From: an uncultured bacterium
GTDB lineage: Bacteria; Pseudomonadota; Gammaproteobacteria; Burkholderiales; SG8-39
Direction: 5' to 3'
Length of the DNA: 60,493 nt
NCBI GenBank assembly: GCA_965233185.1
Contig: CBDDSA010000090.1
Span: 1 to 60,493 of the forward strand
The notes beneath the pieces are model-generated. The model made no database searches. It was given only the letters and a program-made list of their open reading frames with translations, and had not been told where the DNA came from. Positions 1 through 9,086 of this stretch are shown here, in pieces. How positions within the stretch are numbered: position 1 is the stretch's first letter; every line of letters starts with the position of its first letter. The position numbers and the translations under genes are program-made.

Positions 1-150
1 GTCGGCGCGATCCTCGCCGCCGCGCCGCACGACACCGATTTCGGCTCGGTGCTCGGGGTGATCGCGGTCGCGCTCGCCGCGGTGAACGTGGCCGGCGGCT
101 TTCTGGTCACCTACCGCATGCTCGAGATGTTCCGGAAGAAGAAGAAATGA
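1..150 (+). CDS. pntA: NAD(P) transhydrogenase alpha subunit part 2, C-terminal fragment (5' truncated by window)
   Basis: Frame 1 reads VGAILAA...AAVNVAGGFLVTYRMLEMFRKKKK*, matching the PntA C-terminal N..GGF.VT.RML.MF motif; ATGA overlap with pntB. Confidence 0.9.
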   Translation, partial: VGAILAAAPHDTDFGSVLGVIAVALAAVNVAGGFLVTYRMLEMFRKKKK

Positions 151-1550
151 GCGCCAACCAGCTCACCCTCTGGTACCTCGTGGCCTCGGTGTGCTTCATC
201 CTCGCGCTGAAGGGCCTGTCGCATCCCGAGACCGCGCGCCGCGGCAACTGGTTCGGCATCGCCGGCATGACCATCGCGGTGCTGACCACCATCGCGGTGG
301 TGGCGCGGGGCCGCATCGACCTCATCCTCATTGCCATGCTGGCCGGCGGCACGCTCGGTGCGCTGGTGGCGCGCCGCGTGCAGATGACGCAGATGCCCGA
401 GCTGGTCGCGGCCATGCACTCGCTGGTCGGCATGGCGGCCGTGCTGATCGCGATTGCGGCGGTCAACAACCCCGGGGCCTTCGGCGTGGCGGATCCTTTG
501 CCCATGGGAAACAAGCTGGAGCTTTTCATCGGCACCTTCGTCGGCGCCATCACCTTCTCGGGCTCGGTGATCGCTTTCGGCAAGCTGGCCGGCCTGGGCA
601 AGCAGTTCCGCCTGTTTTCCTCCGCGCCGGTGGTGTTTCCCGCCCAGCACTGGCTCAACCTGGTGCTCGCCCTGGTGATGATCGGCTTCGGCGCGGCGTT
701 CTTCATGGCCGAGGACAAGGCCTGGACCGCATTTTTCGTCATGACCGCCATCGCCTTCGTGCTCGGCGTGCTGATCATCATCCCCATCGGCGGGGCCGAC
801 ATGCCGGTGGTGATCTCGATGCTGAACAGCTATTCGGGCTGGGCCGCCGCCGGCATCGGCTTTTCGCTCAACAACGCCATGCTGATCATCGCCGGCTCGC
901 TGGTCGGCTCCTCGGGCGCGATCCTGTCCTACATCATGTGCCGGGCGATGAACCGCTCGTTCATCTCGGTGATCCTGGGCGGCTTCGGAGCGGCCGAAGG
1001 GTCCGCCGCGCAAGGCGGCACGGACAAGACCGTGCGCTCGGGTGCGGCCGACGATGCGGCGTTCCTGATGTCGAACGCCGAGAACGTGATCATCGTGCCC
1101 GGGTACGGCCTCGCCGTGGCGCGCGCCCAGCACGCGGTAAAGGAAATGGCGCACAAGCTGCAGCAAAAGGGCGTCAACGTGCGCTACGCCATCCACCCGG
1201 TCGCCGGGCGCATGCCCGGGCACATGAACGTGCTGCTCGCCGAGGCCGAGGTGCCCTACGACCAGGTGTTCGAGATGGAGGACATCAACGGCGAGTTCGG
1301 CAACGCCGACGTCGCGCTGGTGCTCGGCGCCAACGACGTGGTGAACCCGCTCGCCTACGAGAAGGGCAGCCCGATCTACGGCATGCCGATCCTCGACGTG
1401 GTCAAGGCGCGCAACGTGCTCGTCAACAAGCGCAGCATGGCGTCCGGCTATGCCGGGCTGGACAATCCCCTGTTCTACATGGACAAGACCATGATGGTGT
1501 TCGGCGATGCCAAGAAGGTGGTAGAGGACATCGTCAAGGCGCTAGACTGA
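147..1550 (+). CDS. pntB: NAD(P) transhydrogenase beta subunit
   Basis: Motifs MPELVAAMHSLVG, GGADMPVVISMLNSYSG, IHPVAGRMPGHMNVLLAEA, GANDVVNP. Confidence 0.97.
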   Translation: MSANQLTLWYLVASVCFILALKGLSHPETARRGNWFGIAGMTIAVLTTIAVVARGRIDLILIAMLAGGTLGALVARRVQMTQMPELVAAMHSLVGMAAVLIAIAAVNNPGAFGVADPLPMGNKLELFIGTFVGAITFSGSVIAFGKLAGLGKQFRLFSSAPVVFPAQHWLNLVLALVMIGFGAAFFMAEDKAWTAFFVMTAIAFVLGVLIIIPIGGADMPVVISMLNSYSGWAAAGIGFSLNNAMLIIAGSLVGSSGAILSYIMCRAMNRSFISVILGGFGAAEGSAAQGGTDKTVRSGAADDAAFLMSNAENVIIVPGYGLAVARAQHAVKEMAHKLQQKGVNVRYAIHPVAGRMPGHMNVLLAEAEVPYDQVFEMEDINGEFGNADVALVLGANDVVNPLAYEKGSPIYGMPILDVVKARNVLVNKRSMASGYAGLDNPLFYMDKTMMVFGDAKKVVEDIVKALD

Positions 1551-1554
1551 GGCG

Positions 1555-2385
1555 GTGACTCCGCTCAGGCGTGCGGCGCGCTCGGCGCGCGACTTTCTTT
1601 CCCGCAAGCTGACGCCGGACGCGCTGAAGATCGGCGTGTCGGCGCGCCTGTTCCACCCGCAGCCCGACGCCAAGGGCATCCAGTCGAAGACCCTGCAGTA
1701 CCTCGAGCAGTCGGTTGCCCACTGGGTCATGTCGCGCGACGTGCTGGTGTTCATGGTGCCCACGGTGGACAAGGACGGCCTGCTCCACCGCAGCGAGGTG
1801 CGTCTGGCCGATTACGCCCGCGTGCTCGACGGCCTGGTGCTGCAGGGCGGCGCCGACGTCAGCCCGTCGACCTACGGCGAAGCGCCGCTCGCGCCGCAAT
1901 GGGCCGGCGACCGGCTGCGCGACGTCTATGAGATGGAGCTGGTGCACGAGTTCATCGAGGCGGGCAAGCCGGTGCTCGGCATCTGCCGCGGCGCCCAGCT
2001 CATCAACGTGGCCCTCGGCGGCACGCTCTACCAGGACATTCCGACGCAGCTTGCCGAGTCGCAGGTGCACGTCACCGATGCCTACGAAAGGCATCGCCAC
2101 GACATCCGCTTCGAGCCGGGCTCGGGCCTCGCGCGCCTGTACCGCGGCGTGGAAAAGCCGGTGGTGACCTCCATCCACCACCAGTCGATCAAGGCGCTCG
2201 GCCGAGGGCTGCGCGTGGAGGCGTGGTCCGAGCCCGACGGCGTGGTCGAGGCCGTGCGCGCCACCGGCAAGGGCTATGTGCTGGCGGTGCAATGGCATCC
2301 GGAGTTCCACCACCCCGCGGATCGCGGCGTGCTCGACAGCGCGCCGATCCTGGAAGAGTTCCTCGAAGCCGCACGGGGCGGCTGA
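1555..2385 (+). CDS. Gamma-glutamyl-gamma-aminobutyrate hydrolase family protein (peptidase C26, class I glutamine amidotransferase fold)
   Basis: GLVLQGGADV, catalytic LGICRG.Q, S.HHQ and VQWHPE motifs. Confidence 0.88.
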   Translation: MTPLRRAARSARDFLSRKLTPDALKIGVSARLFHPQPDAKGIQSKTLQYLEQSVAHWVMSRDVLVFMVPTVDKDGLLHRSEVRLADYARVLDGLVLQGGADVSPSTYGEAPLAPQWAGDRLRDVYEMELVHEFIEAGKPVLGICRGAQLINVALGGTLYQDIPTQLAESQVHVTDAYERHRHDIRFEPGSGLARLYRGVEKPVVTSIHHQSIKALGRGLRVEAWSEPDGVVEAVRATGKGYVLAVQWHPEFHHPADRGVLDSAPILEEFLEAARGG

Positions 2386-3588
2386 ATGCAGCAATTCCTG
2401 CCGCAGCTGCCGCCCGTCATTTCGCATGCCGCGCTGTTCGGCGCGCTGGTCGTCATCGGCCTGCTGGTGGGCGAGGCCGCGCGTCGCTACGCCTCGCTGC
2501 CTCGCATTACCGGCTACGTGGTGGCGGGCGCCATCCTCGGCCCGCAGGCCCTCGGGCTGCTGGACGACAACATGCTGTTCGACCTGCGCCTGCTCATCGA
2601 TCTGTCCGTCGGCCTGATCGTCTTCGAGCTGGGATTCCGCCTGGATTTCAAGTGGCTGCGCGCCAACCGGTGGCTGCTGGTCACGGCCATCGCCGAGAGC
2701 CTGTTCTGCTTCTGGGCCATTTTCGCGGCCCTGGTGTTCTTCGGGTTCCGCCCGATGCTCGCCGCCATGGCGGCGGCCATCGGCACCGCCACCTCGCCGG
2801 CGGTGGTGATGCTCGTGGTGCACGAGCTGCGCGCGCAGGGCCAGATTACCGAGCGGCTGCTGCTGTTCACCGCGGTGAACACGGTGTTCGCGTACGTGCT
2901 GCTCACCCTGCTGCTGCCGTTCCTGCACCTGGAGCACGAGGCCGGCTGGGAGCAGGCGCTGTTTCACCCGCTGTACCTGCTATGGGGCTCGATCGTGGCG
3001 GGTTACCTCGCCTGCATGCTCATGCTGCGCCTCGCGGCGTGGCTGGGCAAGAGCGAGGAGCGCCAGTTCATCCTTCTGGTCGGCATGGTCGTGGTCACCG
3101 TGGGCGCGGCGCACGCGCTCAAGCTGTCGGTGAGCCTCACGCTGATTACCTTCGGCATGCTGGCGAGGAACCTGGACAAGGGCTATGCGGTGCTGCCGGT
3201 GCATTTCGGCCACGGCTCGCAGCTGTTCTTCGTCATCCTGTTCGTGCTGGTAGGCGCAAGCCTGGAGTTCTCGGCGTTCAGCATCGCCGCCGCCGCCATG
3301 GTGGCGGTGTACATCGTGGTGCGCTTCCTCGGCAAGAGCGCGGCGCTGCTCGCGTTCGGCGCGCCGTCGGGCATCCGGGCCGGGGGCGCCGGCCTGCTGT
3401 CGATCGCGCTGGTGCCGCTGTCCGGCTCCGCCGTGGTGATGGTGCGCGATACCACTACGCTGTACCCGGAGTTCGGCAGGGAGCTCGCCGCGGTGGTGCT
3501 TTCCGCGGTGGTGATACTGGAGCTGATCGGTCCGATCGCGACGCAATTCGCGCTGCGCCGCGCGGGGGAGGCGCATCCCGATGGATGA
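2386..3588 (+). CDS. Cation:proton antiporter (Na+/H+ exchanger, CPA family)
   Basis: About 12 hydrophobic segments, LPRITGY..G.ILGP, ATSPAVV, ELIGP motifs. Confidence 0.85.
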   Translation: MQQFLPQLPPVISHAALFGALVVIGLLVGEAARRYASLPRITGYVVAGAILGPQALGLLDDNMLFDLRLLIDLSVGLIVFELGFRLDFKWLRANRWLLVTAIAESLFCFWAIFAALVFFGFRPMLAAMAAAIGTATSPAVVMLVVHELRAQGQITERLLLFTAVNTVFAYVLLTLLLPFLHLEHEAGWEQALFHPLYLLWGSIVAGYLACMLMLRLAAWLGKSEERQFILLVGMVVVTVGAAHALKLSVSLTLITFGMLARNLDKGYAVLPVHFGHGSQLFFVILFVLVGASLEFSAFSIAAAAMVAVYIVVRFLGKSAALLAFGAPSGIRAGGAGLLSIALVPLSGSAVVMVRDTTTLYPEFGRELAAVVLSAVVILELIGPIATQFALRRAGEAHPDG

Positions 3589-4708
3589 AATGAACTTCAG
3601 CGCTTCGGCGGCGCTCAGCCTGGGCGTCGAGCTCGAGCTGCAGCTCGTGCGGCCCCACGACTTCGACCTGTCGCGCGATGCCGGCGATCTGCTCGCCCGG
3701 CTGGGCAAGCGCAAGCTGCCGGGCGCGGTCAAGCCCGAGATCACCGAAAGCATGATCGAGCTCAACAGCTCCGTGCACACCGACTGCGCGAAGCTGCTTG
3801 AGGAGCTCGAGACGCTGCGCGGCGCCGTGGTGCAGGACGCCGGCGTGCTCAATATCCGGGTGTCGGGCGGCGGCTCGCACCCGTTCCACGACTGGGCCGA
3901 CCGGCGGATTTTTCCGAACGAGCGCTTCCGCTTCGTGGTCGAGCGCTACGGCTACCTCGCCAAGCAGTTCACCGTGTTCGGGCAGCACATCCACGTCGGC
4001 TGCCCGAGCGGCGACGAAGCGGTGTTCCTCACCCACATGCTCACGCGCTACGTGCCGCATTTCATCGCGCTGTCGGCGGCTTCGCCCTACTACCAGGGCG
4101 AGGACACGTCGTTCCAGTCCTCGCGCCTTACCGCGGTCGCCGCGTTTCCCCTCGCCGGCCATATTCCGTTCGTCACCGACTGGGCCGCGTTCATCGAATT
4201 CTTCACGCGCATGAAGGACTTCGGCATCGTGGCGAGCATGAAGGACTTTTACTGGGACATCCGTCCCAAGCCGGAGTACGGCACGGTCGAGATCCGCGTC
4301 TGCGACACGCCGCTGACGGTGCGCCGCGCAGCCCTGCTCGCGGCGTATGCCCAGTCGCTCGCCGCCTGGCACTTCGCCGAGCGGCCGCTGCACCCCTCGC
4401 GCGACATCTACCTGGTGAACAGCTACAACCGCTTCGAGGCGTGCCGTTACGGCTTTCGCGGCGACATGGTCGACCCCTACGAAAGCCGCAAGAAGAAAAT
4501 CGGCGAGGATGTGCTCGACAGCCTGCAGCGCGTGGCGCCGTACGCCGCCCGCCTGGGTTGCGCAGAGCTGCTCGAGGAGCTGGCCGCCGGCGTACGCGTG
4601 GCCGAGTCCGACGCCAACTGGCTGCGCGGGCGGCAATCGGCCTACGGCTCGCTCGCCGACGTGGTGCGCGAAGCGTGCAGCCGCTGGGAGAAAGGAAAAC
4701 GCGAATGA
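3581..4708 (+). CDS. ybdK: YbdK-family carboxylate-amine ligase (glutamate--cysteine ligase-like, GCS2)
   Basis: LGVELELQLV, FGQHIHVG, ALSAASPY, YWDIRPKP.YGTVEIRVCD. Confidence 0.9.
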   Translation: MDEMNFSASAALSLGVELELQLVRPHDFDLSRDAGDLLARLGKRKLPGAVKPEITESMIELNSSVHTDCAKLLEELETLRGAVVQDAGVLNIRVSGGGSHPFHDWADRRIFPNERFRFVVERYGYLAKQFTVFGQHIHVGCPSGDEAVFLTHMLTRYVPHFIALSAASPYYQGEDTSFQSSRLTAVAAFPLAGHIPFVTDWAAFIEFFTRMKDFGIVASMKDFYWDIRPKPEYGTVEIRVCDTPLTVRRAALLAAYAQSLAAWHFAERPLHPSRDIYLVNSYNRFEACRYGFRGDMVDPYESRKKKIGEDVLDSLQRVAPYAARLGCAELLEELAAGVRVAESDANWLRGRQSAYGSLADVVREACSRWEKGKRE

Positions 4709-5823
4709 GGTTCAAGCTGAAGCGACGCAGGTTCCTGACCGGCGCGGCGGGCGCCGCCGCCCTGGGCGCGCCCGCGGTGGCGCGGGCGCAGGGTCCCATC
4801 GTGCTGCGCCTGCAGAGCAACTGGGCGGCGAAGAGCCTGTTCCACGAGTACGTGCTCGATTTCGCAAAAAAGGTGAACGACATGACCGGGGGGGACGTGC
4901 GCATCGAGCCGCTGCCCCGGGACAATGCGGAAGCGGGTCCCGGCCTGCTCGAGGCCGTCAGCAAGGGGGCGCTCGACGCCGCGCACGGCTTGCTGCACCA
5001 CCACTACCCCCGGCACCCCGCATTCTCGCTATGGGCGGCGGGGCCCGCCTTCGGCATGGACGCGAACCTGCTGCTCGCCTGGCATCGGTACGGGGGCGGG
5101 CGCCAACTGCTCGCCAAGTTGTACGCCGCCATCGGCGCCAACGTGGTGTCCTACCCTTACGGGCCCATGCCGACACAGCCCCTGGGCTGGTTTCAGAAGC
5201 CGATCCGGCGGCCGCAGGATCTCAAAGGGCTGCGCGTGCGGGCCCCCGGCATGGCGGCGGAGATCTACGCCGGGTTAGGGGCAGCGGCAACCCCGCTGCC
5301 GGCGCGCGAAATCGCTGAAGCGCTGCGTCGCGGCACGCTGGACGGCGCGGAGTACAACAACGCCGCGTCCGACCGCGAGCTCGGGCTGCCCGGCGCCGCC
5401 AAGGTCTACGTGCTGCAGAGCTACCACCAGAGCGCGGAGCAGTTCGAGCTGCTGTTCAACAAGACCAAGTTCGAGGCGCTGCCGTCCAAGATGCGCGCCA
5501 TCCTGGAGAACGCCGCGGACGCCGCCTCGGCCGACCTCGCCTGGAAGGCGATCGACCGCTACTCGGCCGCCCATGCGCAGCTGCAGGCCGACGCTGGTGC
5601 GCGCATGGCATGGACTCCCGATGCTGTGCTGCAGCGTCAGCTCGCCGCCTACGATGCCGCGGCCAAGAAGCTCGGCGACGACGCCCTGTTTCGCGAGGTC
5701 CAGGAGTCGCAGCGCCGCTTCGCGCAGCGCGCCGTGCGCTGGCAGCTGGACACGCAGGTGAGCCCGCGGCTGGCCTACGCCCATTACTTCGGCAGGAAGC
5801 CCGCGCCCCGCAGAAGAAAATAG
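4705..5823 (+). CDS. TRAP transporter substrate-binding protein (DctP/TakP-like), Tat signal
   Basis: True start ATG 4705 overlaps ybdK TGA; KRRRFL twin-arginine leader; PMPTQPLGWF, DLKGLRVR, LDGAEYNN motifs. Confidence 0.85.
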   Translation: MRFKLKRRRFLTGAAGAAALGAPAVARAQGPIVLRLQSNWAAKSLFHEYVLDFAKKVNDMTGGDVRIEPLPRDNAEAGPGLLEAVSKGALDAAHGLLHHHYPRHPAFSLWAAGPAFGMDANLLLAWHRYGGGRQLLAKLYAAIGANVVSYPYGPMPTQPLGWFQKPIRRPQDLKGLRVRAPGMAAEIYAGLGAAATPLPAREIAEALRRGTLDGAEYNNAASDRELGLPGAAKVYVLQSYHQSAEQFELLFNKTKFEALPSKMRAILENAADAASADLAWKAIDRYSAAHAQLQADAGARMAWTPDAVLQRQLAAYDAAAKKLGDDALFREVQESQRRFAQRAVRWQLDTQVSPRLAYAHYFGRKPAPRRRK

Positions 5824-5851
5824 CGGAATGCGGGGGTCGGCAGGACTGTTA

Positions 5852-5857
5852 TAGAAT
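5852..5857 (+). promoter_or_regulatory. Candidate sigma70 -10 element for second TRAP binding protein operon
   Basis: TAGAAT in an AT-richer intergenic stretch about 95 nt upstream of ATG 5953, which has an AGGAGG Shine-Dalgarno. Confidence 0.45.
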
Positions 5858-5952
5858 CAGTCGAGCCTGCCGTGGTGAGGAGGGCGGGCGCATCCATGTC
5901 ATCCAGAGGGCCCTGGCCCTGCACTTCATCAGTTCACCGTAGGAGGAGACAA

Positions 5953-7089
5953 ATGAGCAACGAGCAGGTCAAGACGCAAGCGCCGCGCCGCAAGTTCCTT
6001 AAGGGCGCAGCGGCGGCGGCCACCGGCGCCACGGCGCTCGGCTTCCCGATGATCGCGAAATCCCAGTCGCCGATTGTCATCAAGATGCAGGGCTCCTGGG
6101 GCGCGAAGGATATCTTCAACGAGATGGCCGAGGAGTTCGTCAAGCGCGTAAACGAAATGGCGGGCGGCCGGCTGCGCGTCGACTACCTCGTCGCGGGCGC
6201 GGTAGTGAAGCCCTTCGAGGTCATGGACGCGGTGTCCAAGGGCGTGCTGGACGCGGGCCACACGGTACCGGTGTACTGGTACGGCAAGTCCAAGGTTGCG
6301 TCGCTGTTCGGTTCGGGCCCGATCAACGGCGCCAACGCCGACCAGACGCTCGCCTGGATCTACCGCGGCGGCGGCCTGCAGCTGTACAACGAGCTGCTGC
6401 AGAAGCTCAACCTCGACGTGGTCGGCTTCTTCGCGCTGCCCATGCCGACGCAGCCGCTCGGCTGGTTCAAGCAGCCGGTCAAGGACGCCAGCCAGATCAA
6501 GGGCCTGAAGTACCGCACGGTGGGCCTCGCGGCGGACCTGTTCCAGCAGATGGGCGCCCGAGTCACCCAGCTGCCCGGCGGCGAGATCAACCCGGCGCTG
6601 GAGAAGGGCGTCATCGACGGGTTCGAGTTCAACAACCCGACCTCCGACATGCGCTTCGGCGCGCAGGACGTGATCAAGAACTACATGATGGGCTCGTTCC
6701 ACCAGGCGATGGAGTTCTTCGAGATCATCATCAACAAGAAGAAGTGGGCCTCGATGGGCAAGGACCTGCAGGCAATCTGGCAGTACGGGGTCGAAGCGGC
6801 GAACTCGTCCAACTACTGGACCGCGATGGACAACTATTCGCGCGACTTGCAGGACCTGATCAACAAGCACAAGGTCAACGTGACGCGCACGCCGCGCTCG
6901 ATCTTCCAGGCACAGCTCGCCGCCTGGGACGCGATCACGCCGAAGCTGAAGAAAGAAGATCCGTTCTTCGCCAAGGTGGTGGATTCGCAGCTGGCCTGGG
7001 CAAAGCGTGTCGGCTTCTATCACTTCTTCAACGACGCCGACTACAAAATGGGCTACGAGCACGTGTTCAAGACGAAGCTGCCGGGCTAA
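5953..7089 (+). CDS. TRAP transporter substrate-binding protein (DctP/TakP-like), Tat signal
   Basis: AGGAGG SD before ATG 5953; PRRKFL leader; PMPTQPLGWF, KGLKYRTVG, IDGFEFNNP; strongly biased codon use. Confidence 0.9.
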   Translation: MSNEQVKTQAPRRKFLKGAAAAATGATALGFPMIAKSQSPIVIKMQGSWGAKDIFNEMAEEFVKRVNEMAGGRLRVDYLVAGAVVKPFEVMDAVSKGVLDAGHTVPVYWYGKSKVASLFGSGPINGANADQTLAWIYRGGGLQLYNELLQKLNLDVVGFFALPMPTQPLGWFKQPVKDASQIKGLKYRTVGLAADLFQQMGARVTQLPGGEINPALEKGVIDGFEFNNPTSDMRFGAQDVIKNYMMGSFHQAMEFFEIIINKKKWASMGKDLQAIWQYGVEAANSSNYWTAMDNYSRDLQDLINKHKVNVTRTPRSIFQAQLAAWDAITPKLKKEDPFFAKVVDSQLAWAKRVGFYHFFNDADYKMGYEHVFKTKLPG

Positions 7090-7115
7090 GGCGTTTCCAC
7101 GGAACAGGGGGAAGG

Positions 7116-7142
7116 TTGGGGCGGCACCGGGTGCCGCCCCAA
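7116..7142 (+). terminator. Intergenic GC hairpin after the binding-protein gene (attenuator or mRNA-stabilising stem)
   Basis: TTGGGGCGGCACC-G-GGTGCCGCCCCAA perfect 13-bp inverted repeat followed by TTTCGTT. Confidence 0.65.
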
Positions 7143-7151
7143 TTTCGTTAG

Positions 7152-7739
7152 ATGAAGCGCGTCATCCTCGGCATCGACCAGCTGAGCAAGACCGTGGGCC
7201 ACGCCTTTGCGTGGTGCATAGTGATCCTCACGCTGGGCACCTGCTACGAGGTGTTCGTGCGCTACCTCCTGAACAATCCGACCAGCTGGGCGTTCGACTT
7301 CAGCTACCTGATGTACGGCGCGGTGTTCTACATGGCGGGCGCCTATACGCTGTCGCGCGGCGGACACGTGCGCGCCGACATGTTCTACCGGCTGTGGCGC
7401 CCGCGCACCCAGGCAACGGTCGAGCTGGTGCTGTACGTGCTTTTCTTCTTTCCCGGCATCGTCGCGCTGATGTATTCAGGCTGGCTCTATGGCTACGACT
7501 CGGCACGCATCTTCGAGGTGAGCGTCAACAGCCCCGCCGGAATACCCATCTGGCCGCTCAAGATGATGATTCCCTTCGGCGCCGGGCTGATCGCCCTGCA
7601 GGGCCTGGCCGAGGTGCTGCGCTGCATCGTCTGCCTGCGCGAAGGCCAGTGGCCGACGCGGCTGCATGACGTCGAGGAGCTGGAGAAGCAGATCCTCGAG
7701 GAAACGGCCAGGAAGCGGGCCGCCGGAGAGGCCGCATGA
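7152..7739 (+). CDS. TRAP transporter small permease (DctQ-like)
   Basis: 4 TM segments; YEV..RY..N.PT.WA and AYTL..GGHVR.D motifs. Confidence 0.9.
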   Translation: MKRVILGIDQLSKTVGHAFAWCIVILTLGTCYEVFVRYLLNNPTSWAFDFSYLMYGAVFYMAGAYTLSRGGHVRADMFYRLWRPRTQATVELVLYVLFFFPGIVALMYSGWLYGYDSARIFEVSVNSPAGIPIWPLKMMIPFGAGLIALQGLAEVLRCIVCLREGQWPTRLHDVEELEKQILEETARKRAAGEAA

Positions 7740-9082
7740 TCAGCGATCCGGTCCTGGCGCTGGTCATGCTGGGCATTCTGGTGTTCACCATCATGATCGG
7801 TTTCCCGGTGGCCTTCACCCTCATGGCGCTGGGCGTGGGCTTCGGTTACTACGCCTATTTCCAGCCGGGGCAGCACTACCTGGACAACCGGGTGTTCTAC
7901 CTGCTGACGCAGAACACCTTCACCGTGCTGAACAACGACGCGCTGGTTTCGATCCCGCTGTTTTTGCTCATGGGCTACATGGTCGAGCGCGCCAACATCC
8001 TGGACAACCTGTTCCTCAGCCTGCAGATCGCCCTGAAGCGCGTCCCGGCGTCGCTCGCCGTGGCCACCATCGCCACCTGCGCGCTGTTCGCCACGGCGAC
8101 CGGCATCGTCGGCGCAGTGGTCACGCTGATGGGCCTGCTCGCCTTCCCGCAGATGCTGAAGGCGGGCTACGACGTGCGCTTCGCCTCGGGCGTGCTGTGC
8201 GCCGGCGGCTGCCTGGGCATCATGATCCCGCCGTCCATCATGCTGATCGTATACGGCGCGCAGGCCGGCATCTCGGTGGTCAAGCTCTACGCGGCGGCGC
8301 TGCTGCCGGGGTTCCTGCTCGCCGGGCTCTACGTCACGTACGTCATCGGCGTCGCCGTGGTGAAGCCGAACTACGCGCCTCCCTTGCCCAAGGAAAAGGG
8401 CGACGTGGGCTTCGGCTACATGGCCCTGATGCTGGCGAAATCGTTCGTGCCGCTCGCGCTGCTGATCCTGAGCGTGCTCGGCGCGATCATGTTCGGGCTG
8501 GCCACGCCCACCGAGGCCGCCGCGGTCGGCGCCTTCGGCGCGATCCTGCTTGCCGCCGGCTACCGCGCGCTCACCTGGCAGGGCCTCAGGGAGGCGGTAT
8601 TCCTCACGGCGCGCACTTCGGCAATGGTGTGCTGGCTGTTCGTCGGCTCCGCCACCTTCGCCTCGATCTTTGCCTACCTCGGCGGCGAGGGCATCATCAA
8701 GGAGTTCGTGCTCGGCCTGGACATGACGCCGATCATGTTCCTGTTCGTGGCGCAGGTCATCATCTTCCTGCTCGGCTGGCCGCTGGAGTGGACCGAGATC
8801 ATCATCATCTTCGTGCCGATCTTCCTGCCGCTGCTTGCGCACTTCAGCATCGATCCGCTGCTGTTCGGCGTGCTGGTGGCGCTCAACCTGCAGACGGCCT
8901 TCCTATCGCCGCCCATGGCGATGTCCGCGTACTACCTGAAGGGGGTCGCCCCGAAAAGCGTGCTGCTGACGCAGATCTTCCGCGGCTGCATGCCGTTCCT
9001 CTATATCGTGATCGTCTGCATGGTGCTCATCTACATCTGGCCGGAGATCGCCCTCTGGCTGCCGCGCGCCGTCTACGGTTAG
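7736..9082 (+). CDS. TRAP transporter large permease (DctM-like)
   Basis: IPLFLLMG, ATATGIVGA, LGIMIPPS, ATPTEAAAVG, NLQTAFLSPP. Confidence 0.93.
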   Translation: MISDPVLALVMLGILVFTIMIGFPVAFTLMALGVGFGYYAYFQPGQHYLDNRVFYLLTQNTFTVLNNDALVSIPLFLLMGYMVERANILDNLFLSLQIALKRVPASLAVATIATCALFATATGIVGAVVTLMGLLAFPQMLKAGYDVRFASGVLCAGGCLGIMIPPSIMLIVYGAQAGISVVKLYAAALLPGFLLAGLYVTYVIGVAVVKPNYAPPLPKEKGDVGFGYMALMLAKSFVPLALLILSVLGAIMFGLATPTEAAAVGAFGAILLAAGYRALTWQGLREAVFLTARTSAMVCWLFVGSATFASIFAYLGGEGIIKEFVLGLDMTPIMFLFVAQVIIFLLGWPLEWTEIIIIFVPIFLPLLAHFSIDPLLFGVLVALNLQTAFLSPPMAMSAYYLKGVAPKSVLLTQIFRGCMPFLYIVIVCMVLIYIWPEIALWLPRAVYG

Positions 9083-9086
9083 CGGC

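Noticed and set aside
5858..5952. Riboswitch in the ~90-nt leader of the second TRAP binding protein
   Set aside because: No aptamer consensus or terminator that I can recognise; an Rfam scan would be needed
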